Source: Takakia lepidozioides (Eukaryota; Plantae; Bryophyta). From it: DNA of 64,000 bases. Below, piece by piece: positions 24,778 to 38,477 of the stretch. How positions within the stretch are numbered: the first letter of the stretch is position 1; the number at the start of each line of letters is the position of its first letter. Below the pieces are notes generated by a model that was not told the origin of the DNA, ran no database searches, and saw only the letters and a program-made list of their open reading frames with translations. The translations under genes and the position numbers were made by a program. The stretch spans positions 45,074,001 through 45,138,000 of the forward strand of contig CM060732.1 of assembly GCA_030704615.1 (NCBI GenBank), written 5' to 3'.

Positions 24778-25610
24778 TGGCTACAAGGGTTACAGAAGCT
24801 CACATGGGATGGGGTGACACGATACAGGGTTACAGAGGGTGACATGAGCTAGGGTTGCAAGGATCGGGTTACACTTTTTGGCTTACATACAGCGGAGTTA
24901 CACAGTTTAGGCTTACACGAGTTTGAGTTATAACGGTTTTGGTTACATGGGTGGAGGTTACACGGTTGGGGTTACACGTTGCGGGTTTTTGGGTTACACT
25001 GGTCGGGGTTACACGGTCACGAATACATGAGCCGGGGTTACATTTTTTGGGTTACATGAGTGGAGGTTACAATACATGAGCTGGGGTTACATGATGAGAG
25101 GTTACACAGTAGGGGTTTACATGGCTGGGGATTACATGGTCTTGGTTACGTGATCCAGGGTTACAGAGGGTTACTAGAGGGTCGCATGGGGCGATGTGAC
25201 GATGTGACACTATGCAGGGTTACACTGGATGTCATTGGGTGTCATAGGATTACATGGCGGGGGTTACACGGTCGGTTGCATGTGGCAATGTTTACATTGA
25301 AAGGGTTAGATGGGGTGGGGTTTACAGGGAATGGTGGGCTGGTGGAACTGCCAATGGGGGTTACACTGCGGGTTACATGAGCCGGGGCTACATAAAGTGA
25401 CATGGGGCGGGGTTACACTTTACGGGTTACATGGGTGGGGGTACACATCACATGGGGCGGAGCGGAGTTACAGGATGTACGGTTACATGGGTGACAGAAG
25501 CTGGGGTTACATGAAGCGGGTTACATGTAGCGGGGGGTTACAGGGGCTGACATGCAGCGGGTTACATGGTGTGTCACGAGAGATGGGGTTGCGTGTGAGT
25601 CGGGTTACAG
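24778..25610 (+). repeat. G-rich degenerate array of GGGTTACA motifs
   Basis: Dozens of (G)GGTTACA cores with short variable linkers, lying between the divergent ASPM and COR413 starts. Confidence 0.85.
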
Positions 25611-25748
25611 GGAGCTGACTGGCTGGTGGAACTGGCGGACAGGTGTCGCCGGGCGACGACGCCGATGGCACGAGAGCGGGGGTGGGGAGGATTTGACCGA
25701 GCCCTGCCGGCTGATGGCTGCCGGAGCCGGAAGACCGGCGGTACGGAG

Positions 25749-25810
25749 TGCCACGCGCTCGTTCCTTACGTCGTCCCTGTTTTCCGCTCTTAGAATACTG
25801 CCACGCGTTG
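25749..25810 (+). promoter_or_regulatory. Two TGCCACGCG (CGCG-box/CE3-like) motifs and an ACGT core upstream of COR413
   Basis: Motifs at 25749 and 25799, about 180-230 bp before the ATG of a cold/ABA-type gene. They are short, so function is only inferred. Confidence 0.3.
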
Positions 25811-25982
25811 GGGTCCAGGCTGGCCGCTGGCGAGAGCGAGGGCTGTTTTGCTCAGACTCTTAGTGAGCTCACGTTGTGCTCTAACTCAGTGTGAGCTCAC
25901 AAGCCTCAGATTGTGTGAGCGCTGAGCAGAGATCAGTTGCTTAGAGGGTCTGGGAGGCTTGGGGCTCAGCAATCGAGTGAGA

Positions 25983-27547
25983 ATGGTGGGTCAGCGAGGA
26001 ATTGGACTGGATGTGATGGACTCGCAATCTGGTGTGGAGGAGATGGCTATGGATATGAAAGCATTGGGCGTTGCGTTCCACAGCTTGGCAGTACATGCAA
26101 CTGCTGCCCTTAGTGCCGGATTCGGCCTCGGGACAATCTTCCAGTGGCTTGCAGTCATTGCTGCTGTGTAAGGACTTCTCTTCTCTTACCCTGCCAGATG
26201 TAGCTGGTTGCGTTGTCTTTGTGTTGAGGGGGACTGCGTGGTGGAGAGCGGGGAGGGAGCTCTTAGGTGAGCATGATTCTTAGGGAGAAGGTGGGCTAAT
26301 AGTCTGGAAGCAAGAGCAAGTGTTTGATGATCAATGAAAGCCTGGGATTTCTGTGAATGACAAGGCTACATTTGTGGTCTCCGTCTCAAACTCGATCTTT
26401 TGATGTGTCCCCGCGCTATGCAGGTATTTGTTGATTCTGGATAGGACAAACTGGCGGACCAACCTGCTGACGGCCCTGCTAGTGCCATACATTGCTCTTA
26501 ACATGCCAGGTCTCGTGTTCGGTTGGCTACGGTATGTGTTAACTCTTGTCCACATACCATGAGATGCTTTCTGATGTAGCTGCACATGTCCTGATGTTGA
26601 GGTGACTGAGATGATAGATCTATAGTGCAAATTTATTTTCCCTTGATAACAATCTCCATCAGCTATCTGGTACGCAGAGGAGGTGAATACAACTGTCTTT
26701 GGAGTAGGAAAGCATGACGTTGGGAGGTGGAGCTTGTTTTAGTGAATTTCGTTTCAGTAATAAACATGTGTCACTCAAACATTCTCATTGTGGTTGAGTT
26801 AGGAGCAGAAACTGACTCCCGGTGTTTGTGAAGTGGCGAGGTTGGGGCCTGGATTGCCTTCGTTGCAGTTATCGTCCGCCTTTTCTTTGCATCCACATTC
26901 CCTCAAACTATCCATGGTATGTTACAGGTTGCATTAAACAGTTCTTGTAGCACGCAGTGTTGGCATTTCACTTACCATCACATGAATTGCAGCAGGTATT
27001 AGGTGTGAAGCACGTCATGAGCCAGATGGTTGATATGCCCATCTGTGAGCAGTTGGCTGTAGCAAGACTTGTCAGGGTGTTGGGTTCTATGAAATGCAAT
27101 GGCTGTTAGCTTAGACCTCTTGCTGTAAAAGAGGAAGCTGAAGTCTAAGGGCGAGAGCCTTGGCAATGATTTTGTAGGCGACATTCAGAAGGGTTACAGG
27201 GCAAGAGCATTCTCCTGCATGTAGGTGGGCCTTAAAGTATTAGTACAATGCCCAACTTGTTTTCATCCGAATAATTCTGTTTTTCTCTCGCTGTATGCGC
27301 AGGTGACTTGGAGCTACCTGCAGCTGTGATATTATTGATTAAGACTGCCCCCAGTCTTGTTTCTGTCAGTGTCCGGGACAGCATCTTTGGTGACATCATT
27401 AGTCTCATAATTGGAGCTTACCTTCTGTACCAACACCTGTCAGAGGCTGGAGGTTTCCGGCGTGCCTTAGGAGAACCCAAGGGTGTCTCTCACACTATTG
27501 GAATCCTTCTCTTGTTTATTGCACCTCTGTATTCACTCATCATCTGA
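25983..27547 (+). CDS. COR413: Cold-regulated 413 membrane protein (WCOR413 family), 4 exons
   Basis: Exons at about 25983-26168, 26424-26531 (YLLILDRTNWRTNLLTALLVPYI), 26833-26916 (GEVGAWIAFVAVIVRLFF) and 27303-27547 (LELPAAVILL...GVSHTIGILLL). Confidence 0.93.
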
Positions 27548-29233
27548 TATCCTAGTGCTGCAGATAAAGAGGCCAACACATGTATTTGAGGGGGAAACCA
27601 ATTTGGTTGTGCTTGTTCATCTGGGGTTGGTTTTCCTCTCACAGTAGCTTTTTCTGCTCACCATAATAGCAAGACAGAGACCTGTTCCTGTGAAGGTGAC
27701 TGACTGTTTCAGTACCCAGATTCTCTCTTGGGTGTAAAAAGGAATAAAGTTGTGGAGGCATCTTTTTACCCATCCTTGAAAGCGAAGAACAGAAACACCC
27801 GAGGAGTCATTGTAAGCAATCATATCGTGGCTGAGATTAATTAATTTCACCAGAAAGCTTCAAGGACACGCCCCCTGGTACATCAGCATATGAATGATGT
27901 GAGGTTTATCACTGAGAGATCAGTCATGCTGTAACATGGTGCATTTGTGTGTCATCTCTCGCAATGGGTCTCTAGTTCATACTGATATTTTAGGATTAAA
28001 GACCAGCTTGCTCCAGACACTGACTCCAGTGCAAGGGGCAATGCCCTTCCATTTTCTGAAAACCTACACAGGAATGATGCATGTTGCTGAAGCCGGCATC
28101 TGCTATGATGTCTCACATTTGTCCATAGGTGGAAGCCTTGAGAAAAGAATTCAACTTCTTGCCCCACCCTTGCCTCGTTTTGTGTTGTGGTTTGGAGAGA
28201 GATGTCACCAACAACATGCTTCAGGAAGAGATAAGGAGGTAATGTGGGAGTTGCATTCATGTGACTTAAAGAGCTATGGCGACAATGCCGAGGGCTGATG
28301 GCTTCATGGGAAATGTTGCTGGGAGGGTGGGATAATTGTAGCATCTTCCATCCCTGCATCTATAGGACCATCCAAATTACAAATCTTTTTGACAAACATC
28401 TCTGTTTACACGAGCTTCAGTATTTTAGGAATGTATGTGCACATCATTGGTTACTGCATGAAGCAAGACAGTACACACAACAACCCTCATGAGAGAAGAC
28501 AGATCCACTAAAAATTGTCTGATTTGATTGAAATGTCAATTTGGTGCAGATTGTGAAGTCTAAGGTTCTCACCAAGTCTGAAAGCTTTCACACCTCACCT
28601 AAATAGCACATCTAAGAAATATACAGACAGACTGCTTCAATCTCCAGGTCACAAATTGAGACAGATCATACACCTGACTAAAATGCACCCCATAACTGCA
28701 CCAAAGTTGGGAAAGCTGAAGATGGGAAAGCTTGGTGCAGATGAAAACCTTGGCAAATTGGTTATAGAATACAAGTAGAATCAAAGACATGAGCTTTACT
28801 GGATTAGAAACTATTTCGAAACTGGCATCACTAGCTGCTACTTGTATAAAGGCAAGCAATTCCTGAGGATCATCGCTAGTTTCTCCTTCAGATCCTTGAC
28901 TTATCAAATGACAACAACTTCAGCCAATGATAATGAAATCCGGGAAGACCTCTTCGAAGCTTCCCGATCATATCCAATTTCTAAAGCTCTCAATGCCTGT
29001 TGACAGTTTTCCTGGATGCTGAACGCTCACTCTTTTGGCTCCGTGACAAGACTCGGAAATGGGGCTCTCCCCAGCTATACATACTGTGTGCTACAATGAG
29101 TTAGTTTTGAGAGATTCAGAGAAAACTGGATCGAGTAACTACAACGCCAAGCACGCTGCTGGTCGGTCTATAACCTTCTAAGGAAAGAACTGCGCAAAGG
29201 ATCGCTGCTACGTGCCCCACCATCAAAAGGACC

Positions 29234-30571
29234 CTAGCAAGATTGACGTATATTGCAAGCAACAGCCTGAGCCCAATGCCGCAGTCTAGTCTTCACCTGT
29301 GATGGATGGTCTCCTGCAACAAGACAGCCATCGAAGGTTCAGCATCGAGAGTGACGAGAACAGCTTTCATGCAACAAGCCAGGTCACTACATTCACTGCG
29401 TTCCCTCGGCAAAGACTAAAAGCACAACAATTCTCTCTCCATAGCCTTCCATAAGCTCTTCAAGTTTCCCTTCATTGTAAGAGGCCCAAGCCCGAGGGCT
29501 ACTACTCTCGCAGACAACGCGTCAAGTTCAGTTCGAAGCGAGCTTGCATGTGAGAGGTTCAACATAAACACGAGATACTTTGAGAGAGGAGGTCAATAGC
29601 TTACCGGGACTGGCAATCCTCCAGGACTCCCTGGGAGAGCTCTGTGAGCTGCTCCCATTAGCAGATCGATCAATCATGACACTACTATCCAAAGTTGACA
29701 CTGGCGACGACCTGCCAGGAACATCATTGAATTGTCGGGCAATGGCATAGCACAATTCTAGGGCTGGCAGTGTGCTGCACAGCTCCGGATCCGCCTCGTC
29801 GCTGAAACGAAAGCCCAAATCTATACACCCTCTCAGCTCATCCAAATCCTCGTCAGTGAGGCTCCTAGTTCTTGAGTGAGTCCTCACAGTTTGGCGCGGC
29901 CAAGTTCGGTCACCGCAATCAGACACACTTCTTCCAATGGCCCTTTGCTTCCTGTCATTCCTTTCATTCAGCTCATCTAACAGTATCCTGTCTCTCCTCC
30001 TTTCCCACGCTTCTTCAATTGCCTCCTCTCTACATTCGTTGCTAGAAAGAGATCTCTGCTTCTGCAGCTTCCGATGTAGTACCCTCGCTCCTTCTTCATC
30101 CAGGATATCCTTCCTCGATATATCCACTGCAGGTGATGAGACCTCAGCTCGATCCCAAGCCGTCGAACTATCAGGTTTCCAGTTTATAGGAGCAGAATAG
30201 ACTCTAGAGAGGCTCGGCCCAAGACCGTTCGGTGCATCTCCTGAAGAGGTTGCCACATTACCTGCCATCCGTGACTTCGTGTACCCCATGCTAGTCTCTC
30301 CATGCCTCTGGCGGTAAGAACCAAAACAAGCAAACAGACCCGTCTCATCAAACCTTCTCCCTACTTCAAGTGGCACCTCGTCGGCCTCCTCTGCAAGCGA
30401 ACAAACCTCAGAAAGCTCCCTCTCCTCCCTTGCATCGTCCTGATACGCATCTTCCGCTTCCGACAGCGTTCGTGGCACCCGAGAAGGCGACAACATACAC
30501 CCCGGGGACAAACTTTCTCTGATTATCTCAAGCCCCCGCAGCACCGGAGAATTACTCCCCTTCTCCCTCAT
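29234..30571 (-). CDS. DUF1685 family plant protein, 2 exons
   Basis: RSLTDEDLDELRGCIDLGF...LCSTLPALEL...WRIASPG spliced (GTAAGC at about 29604, AG at about 29314) to DHPSQVKTRLRHWAQAVAC. Confidence 0.9.
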
Positions 30572-33500
30572 TGCTGCAGCCTGTACAGCTGACAAACCTC
30601 ACAGAATGTATATATATGCCGAATGTGAATCAACAACCCACCTCTTACTCTACAGATTCCTACCCCCTGCGATCGACTGCAAGTCTCACCAGGTGTAGAT
30701 CACAACCCAAAGACCAAAGCTTTCAACTCTTTACAAAATTGTACATACATTCTCCTAGCACCACTAGTCTTACAGTCGAGATTACAACCTCAAATCATCC
30801 TCGCTCAATTCAAAAACTTGTCAGTCACTCGAAAAGAAACGAAAGACCTAGGAGATCAGAGTGCAATCAGATCCCGACAATTCAATGCTCGCCTACAACT
30901 GCGAAAACAAAACCAAACCAGCGACAGATTCCTACGGGGGAGATGATACAACTACAAGAGTATCACCAAACCCATCCGGGAGAGAGACAGAGCGATGGAG
31001 GACGCAGTCAGAGAGGGCGTTCCCCGCCCCCTCCCTCCCCGCCGGGCTGACGCTGCTCGTGAGACAGGAGGTGGGCGTGCGAGGGACACTCACTCGTCCC
31101 TCCCTCCCTCCCTGACTCCCTCCCTGACTCCCTCCCTCATGGCTGCCCATTGTCTCTGCCCCAGCCTCCCGGGACTATATAATTTTGAGCACTCCCGATT
31201 GTTTTTAATTTTAGGTACCCTAGTGTGTGGTTTTGGGAGTGTGTCAATTTTAGGGAGTCGGGATTTTTTTTGCACGGTGCTATCCCGGGAGTCCACTGGA
31301 GAGCCAAAGAACTTTTTCAGGACTGAACGAGTGAACCATAATTATCTTTACAAATTGAGAGGGATACAATCGCGGGTGTAAATCGGGCAGGGCCTAATTT
31401 ATGCCGGGTAGCGTGGGGGCGGTGTCTGGACAGCTGGCCTTCTCTCTTTCCGAGAGGTATTGGGTTCAAAACGTGGTGAGGAGGAGACTGGAGTCGTCTG
31501 TCTCCTCTCTCCTCTCGAGAGGTCAGCTCACTCAAGTCTTGCTTTTGAGCTGAGTCGCGGCAGCAGCAGAAAGCCATGAGTGGAAGAATGATGAGGCTGC
31601 GACTCTAGTCCCGAGCTTGCACACCGCCTGCTCACCTACCGTACCGTGGCGGCGCATTCCCAGGCTTTCACAGACACCTTCATCGGCTGTTTGTATCTAA
31701 TTTGGATCTGGCCGTTGGTCCTTGCTTCAGACTTCTGCTGAAATTTGGGAGATGAACTGAGGGAGAGTTAAGTTAGTGCAGAAGATGCGCCCACAAAACA
31801 GCTCCAAAATGTGAGCCCCACAAGGCAATTCAGAAGTAGAGCGGCACTCGGTTTGGAGTACTTGACAAGCTTGGGCGGGCCTACATACATAAAAAGGAGG
31901 GGGGGAGGGATATTTCTTCTTGTTGTGGTTGGTAGGTGATTGCCAAGATTGGGATTCTCTGATCCTTTCTTTGTAATATGCTAATTTGGTCGGGTGAGCG
32001 AGAGTCTTCAAAAGAGAGCGGAAAGCTTTGCAACAAGGGGATTAGAACTCTGGACCTCTTGCAAACCTTGAGTGCTGGGTATCACTGCTCTTATTACGAG
32101 TGATGTCACATCTAGTATTGAAATTACTACCCTGCAAATCATGAATCATATCCTTGCCAGCAATGAATCGACAAGAGTTGAGGCTCATCAGGCTTGTTTC
32201 TCCTGCTGCGGATGAGGACGACACTGTTAAGAACAGGGTAGCTGATGAGAATCTGCCCTGCCCATCGATCTCCTCATAAGCATTAACTCTCTCTCTTAGT
32301 AAGCGATTATTGCGCCTACCAATAAAGACTGTGTACATCGGTAGAGTTCCCTGCATGTTCTGGTGAGCTCTAGGCTAGGTACTTTGGTGTAAGCTCAATG
32401 GGTCCTACTATGGCCCAGTTCCAAGTCCTGACAGTCTCCCTACCTATATACTTGTTTACCTATCCCAGTTGTCCCACTAGCCTCCACATTTGCTCACAAG
32501 AGCCAGGATGGATCCCACTGCTAGAAAGTGGAAGCATTGGTCGATAGCAAGTAGGGCCGTTGCTATTTGAGAGCGGATTCACAGATTGGACAGAAACGAA
32601 TACTTTAACAGTTTTGTGGAAGATTCTACATTGTGGTCCGGCCTGTGGGTCATGGGAAGAGTGCATCTGGATTCTCAAAGGAGGATGCACAGCAAGCTGG
32701 ATGTGTTTCGGAGAGGAAGTTTGTTGCCTTGTTACTTATATTTATTACCCTTGTTTCTCCTCCTGAAACGAAGTTTGGGGATTCGGTTTGATTCGACCAT
32801 GGCCTTCTTTACTGTACTTATGAGCATTGATTCTCATGTGCATGAGATTATTGCTTTGCTCTTATGGCTGGAGTTAGACCAGAATTTGACGTGTGTGACT
32901 TAAAGAGCCCATCCAAGCAAAATCTTACCTTCCAATGCAATTTCTTTAGACTTGATGCACACGAGTCTAGACTACCACGGAGAAATAAAAGCGCAACAGA
33001 TACGGGCAGTGCATTGTACAGACTAGACTTCTCTCAACTTTCAAGACGAGCTTTTCGCTCTGCCTTAGCAGCTCCAATCATTGAGTCATATTCATGGGCC
33101 TCTTGATTCGCTAACTTTGCTACTTACTCTCTTCCACTAAATCCTGCACTGTTTCTGGACCCTCCTAAAGACTTGGGAATTACACTAGTGGTGGTCCCCA
33201 CAAACTCCATGAGTCTGCCACAACAAGCAGTAAACTTCTGTACCCTTCCACCCACGAATTACTAGCCAGTACCCGGGCACAAGGAGTTTAGCTGCTAGCA
33301 TGCATTGACTGCATTACTCAAGCATTACTCAAGCAAAGGCTCCAACAAGAGAGAAAAAGGACTTCGGCCAAGGCATGCACAATAACTTAAGTTAACTTAA
33401 GAGCCACTTCACCTTGCGGCTACTGCTCCCTTGTGGGGGGTGGGCTCTCTCAGACGAGTAATTGAAAAGCAGACTGTTGATTCTGTTGGTAGCATCCACT

Positions 33501-34826
33501 GGGGGCCACCAATATCAAGCATAGAATTTGACCGCCGCAATGACCCTTCTTCCTTGGGAGTGGGCCAGCGAGCTAGCGGAAATCTGGCTAACTCTGGACA
33601 TCAATTTCACATCTAGATGCTACGGAGCTATTTCTCCTTATCAGAGTTGGAAGTCGGACCCATAAAACACAAGAGCATCAAGCAAAGCCCCAGCTAAGAA
33701 GGCAGGTGGCAGCTTGGCAATGTAGAGCGTCTTATTTGTTTGTTTCATGCCTTCAAGGTCCATCTCTGGCCCCACCGAGCATCGTGCGAGACGTGCCAAA
33801 ACAATGTTTGACACGAGGTGACAACGTGATGTCGTGGACCTTCACTCCCCTTCACTTGCCACCCCATTTCACCGCACCAACAAGCAACATGTGCAGCTTC
33901 TCGCTGGCAAGTGCAAATGAAAGATTAGTTCATCCCCTTCCTCAAGCACCCCACGTCCTTCCTGGGATTAATTCCTCTCAATCTCAACAGTTGCTGTGCA
34001 TAAGTTTTTGTACATAAAATCCCCAACCAGTGCCGGTCGGTCTGTCGGGGCACTCGCATTGCAAAACAAAATAAAATTGCATTTTCACATGGGAACTTCA
34101 CAGCAAACCCAGCACAACATTTAGGATGTGTGTTCTTTGCGGGTTTTAGCCCATTAAGTAGATAGAAAAATTGCAACAAAACCAGCAAAGATCGGATGTA
34201 TGCGTATGATATTGCGAACGTGAGAAATGGAATAATGGAGCATGGGATATTACAGGTGTTGTCCGCAGAAAGATTGTCACTGGTCGGACGGGCGCTTAAC
34301 CCTTTAAGTACCGCCATGTTTAGTGAAATTCTAGATGTATCCGGAGTCCATATTCTTACGTGTTCTAAAGACGCCGGGATTTGAGCAGGCCAAGAATCAA
34401 ACAGGGGTGGAGGAATATATGATGGTTACAAGGCAAGTGCTGGCAATAACAATAGGGTTTATTTTAGACATTATTGACATTGTGGCAAAGTTGGTCCGAA
34501 GGGTGTTCACATTCCGCCAATGTCATGCCAAAAGGATGAGGGTGATGGTTATTGACGTCGTCACAACAATACACCCCCATTTGGGCGGAAGGGCTCTACA
34601 AGTCCGCAACAATTCCTTTTGCAAAGCAAGTTCGGTCTTTCTTGCGGATCTAGTAGGAAAGATAGAGCGCAATGTGTGGACCTTGCCTCCGACGTCGCTT
34701 TTACAGCAAAAGACTCTTTATGAAAAGGATTTCCCACCCTCTTCACATGTTACCCATGGGATTGCGGAAGGATCATCGAACCTTCGTTTCCACCATATTC
34801 CCACCATGCATAGGAAAAGCAAAGTA

Positions 34827-35088
34827 GATCAGGCCTCCAGCAACCCTGACAGGGATTGTTTGCAGTGTCATATTCTACTTTTTTGGCGGAGTTTGGACCC
34901 ATCTTTACCAAGAGCTTGTCTAGTGATGGAGAGAACTCCTTTCTTGGGTATTAATGATCAGGCCTCCAGCAACTGTGACAGGGATTGTTTGTAGTGTCAT
35001 AGTCGACTTTTTTGGCGGAGTTGGGACCCATCTTTACCAAGAGCTTGTCTAGTGATGGAGAGAACTCCTTTCCTTGGGTATTAATGTT
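34827..35088 (+). repeat. Tandem duplication of about 129 bp
   Basis: GATCAGGCCTCCAGCAAC...TTGGGTATTAATG occurs twice head to tail with few mismatches. Confidence 0.9.
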
Positions 35089-35511
35089 CATCAGTTGATG
35101 CATGTGTGTATAGAGAGATGGAGGGTTTCAAGCTTTTTTTTTCAAGCATTCTTTATGTTCCAAACCTGTGAAGAGACTCCTGTGTATTATTGGACAGGAT
35201 ACAATTTTCTTTTGGTCATTTCTATTTTTCAAGGGCTGAGCCCGAGTCCATCTTTAGAGGGACAAAAAATCTTACTTTGCTCTTAATCAATGTTTATTAC
35301 ACTGTTGAAAAACTGATTTGTCATGTGGCATTTTTATTTTTTTTTCTTTTATAAGTTTTGTATCTCTTTCGGAGCCTGAGTGAGCCTGAATCATTGTCTT
35401 TATTGGAGGGGCTCTGTAGCTATTATGAATGGACATGTGCCTTGCATGTGGCCAGTCGTAGAAGGATCTTATGGAAAACTTGTATGATGTGATTATGTGG
35501 AAGCCCACGAA

Positions 35512-36465
35512 AACTATTATAAGGCACCGATCACACTTGTAAGTATTTGACAATATGTCGCGCACCCCACTTCGGTAAGCTCCCCCTTCAAGTCATAGTT
35601 ACTCACTTTGATGCGCGCGCCTAACTCCCTAACTGGCCACCGGGCCAACTCGGAGCTTCGGCTGCTCACCGGGACATAGCGGTCTCCCTTTACTCCTCCA
35701 CAAGACTCTCTCCCAATTTGGGCCTAGTGGAAATTCCCTTTGGTCGATGGCAGTCTGGAATAGCTCTCCACACCTTGGTCGCTTTCCGGCTCGCACGCTT
35801 ACTCACTAGTTTTTGGTCACCAACGGGCTTGCACCGTTCTCGGGGTTACTACTCCCTATATATACTTCTGTGACTGTCCGCGGGGGTTTCACAAACAACC
35901 ATGCCATTTTATGGCGAACCACCACGAAAATCCTCGATTCTTTGTGATAGTTGCGGTGAGTCTTGGCCCACCCACCACGGTCCCATTGGACCGTGATGAG
36001 TCCCAAGACTCCCACCACAAGGTCTCCGCCCCCGTGGTGAGTCCTATGCCATCCCCACTAAGTCCCACTAAGCTAACCCCACCCCTCGTGGAACCACCCC
36101 ACCGCAATCCGGTGTGCGGGGCTCCACCTAGTGAGCGCCTCTGCCTCCTTGAGTGCCTTGGGCACTCAAGGTGCTTCAGCCCCCGCATTTATTGTCGCCA
36201 CTGCCCCCACCATAGGGGCCCTCTCGTGGCCCGACCCTGCCCTAAAGGCAAAGGGCCGCGACACAGTACCTACCGTGTCCGCTTAGCAACTATTGTCGGA
36301 ATCACACTTGTAAGTAATTGACAATACCTACTGTGTCCTTTTAGCCACTATTGTCGGATTCACACTTGTAAGTAATTGACAATGCCGCTTAGCAACTATT
36401 GTCGGAATCACACTTCTAAGTAATTGACAGTACCTACTGTGTCCGTTTAGCAACTATTATCGGCA
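35512..36465 (+). repeat. Minisatellite of about 55 bp interrupted by the solo LTR
   Basis: Unit AACTATTGTCGGAATCACACTTGTAAGTAATTGACAATACCTACTGTGTCC, with one partial copy before 35556 and about 3.5 copies after 36263. Confidence 0.8.
35556..36263. mobile_element. Solo LTR (about 708 bp)
   Basis: Termini TGTCGCG...CGCGACA form a 7-bp inverted repeat, flanked by CAATA/CAGTA (5-bp TSD with one mismatch). Confidence 0.8.
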
Positions 36466-37342
36466 CACCTACGGACAATTAAATACATATATTTATAAAA
36501 CCTCACCTAATTATACACAACAATGGTTGATGGAAAGCACGCGAGAAATATCCTAATATTGTAATGCCCTCCGGAATAGTAGCTCTCCTGAAAACAGCAA
36601 TGGCTAAAAAGAACGGAGCCGCACCCTGGGCTCGAAATTCCTGCATCCCTCCAATAGTACCAGTAACATTTTGTTGTTATTTAATTATCCATATCTCTGG
36701 GAGAGAGGAATAGACATAGGGGAATCATCTGGACCGCTCACACCATTAAGACCAGAGAATACATCACCCATACCAGAGGAACCAGAGTTGGATGCCATTC
36801 CTTCTTATTCTTTACAAGAAAGATTAAGGGATTTGGTCCCGAATAAATGAAAGCTAACCAGGAGCTGGTAGGAGCTGATGGAGCAGAACCAGGAGCAGGC
36901 ATCTCTGCTGCATGGCTTTGGAGATTGACGAGCATGCAAGCTGCTCATGCGCAACCCTTTGATCAGGTCTTTGTTTCGTACAACAATTGTGGGCAGTACC
37001 AAGTTTTTCTGCAGGAAGAAAAATGTGCGAGGAACATGACGTGCTAGAGATGCACTAGGTATGACTTTGCCATCCATTTCTTCATAAATCACCCTGTCGG
37101 TGATACTTTGTGTGGTCCACTGTTGACAAACATTTCGACTTTTCTGATTGCGGTGTGAATGCACATGGATGCGAAAACACTCTCCCTCACAATATGGGGA
37201 GGTTGAGCCCAATGGTCGGTGTACACATAAAAGAATGTTTACACTTTTAACCTTTCAAAAAAATAAACGGAAGCCAAAGAACAGTGTCAATAGACCAGTG
37301 GGATCCTCTGGGAAAGGCATAAGTGGGTAGGTGTAGGAGGGA

Positions 37343-38477
37343 TAGGGAATTCCAAAAAGGCCTTGATGTGAAATGCATCGCAATTCACTTGATCACCCCC
37401 CTAAAAGTGTGCAATTCAATTGAACTAACCCTAATTTGCAATTCAATTGAATTGTCGGCACACGAGTCAATTGAATTGCGAATCGGCAATTCAATTGAAT
37501 TGTAATCTATAATTTTTAACTTATTTATATATATAATATATAATATATATGTACATATATATATTCAAATTATATTTATACACATATAAGAGTATAAGCT
37601 AAAAATACATGTTGCCCGTCTATTCTTGCTGGCCCTCTTTCTTGTGCCCTTGAGGAAATTGTGGAGTTGTGAAGCCACCCTCACCCTCAGCGAGAAAGGG
37701 AGAGCCAGAGACGGAGAGAGATCGGATTCACTGGCAAAAGAAATATGGCTGGCTCCAAAAAAAACAGACAAAATCAAACCTGACAATTGATGAAAGGCTT
37801 CCCCTGCATCACCATGTAGTCCCCTAACACTAGTATCTGGCCCAGGACAAAGAAAACAAAACATATGTTCATCTTGAGAAGTATCAAAAATTTCGATATC
37901 CTTACAAAGGTATCATGTTGAAGTTGGGATGTGTTCTCTATATAAGTTTAATATATCAAACTCTTACACGTTGATACTCTTACATTGGTATCATGTTTGG
38001 TATATGTACATAGCCATATAGTGGCACCAACATCCACAAAGAGAGACAATCCCGCTTTTACAAGCGCTTGGTGACTTCCCTTCTCTCTCTCTCCCTCTCT
38101 CGCTCTCCCTTAGGCTTATCTTGGGCTCAAGCCTTACCACGGGCAAAGGATTGACAGACGGACAGCAAGAAAAGACGGGCAACATGTATTTTTAGCTTAT
38201 ACTTGTGTATGTATATATATATATATATACATACATACATCATATACAGAAATAAGTTAAAAATTATAGATTACAATTCAATTGAATTGTAGTCAGCAAT
38301 TCAATTGAATTGCCAATTCGCAATTCAATTGAATCGTGTGCCGACAATTCAATTGAATTGCAAATTAGGGTTAGTTCAATTGAGTTGCCCTTGCAATTCA
38401 ATTGAATTGCGCACTTTTAGGGGGTGATCAAGTGAATTGCAATGCATTTCACATCAAGGCCTTTTTGGAATTCCCTA
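37343..38477. mobile_element. Non-autonomous foldback DNA transposon with TIRs of about 300 bp
   Basis: TAGGGAATTCCAAAAAGGCCTTGATGTG at the left end and its reverse complement at the right end. GGAGGGA is duplicated at 37336-37342 and 38478-38484. The TIRs contain repeated palindromes CAATTCAATTGAATTG. Confidence 0.9.

Noticed and set aside
25060-25863. Gly/His-rich ORFs or telomeric repeat
   Set aside because: The ORFs are by-products of the GGTTACA array, and the motif is not tandem TTTAGGG.
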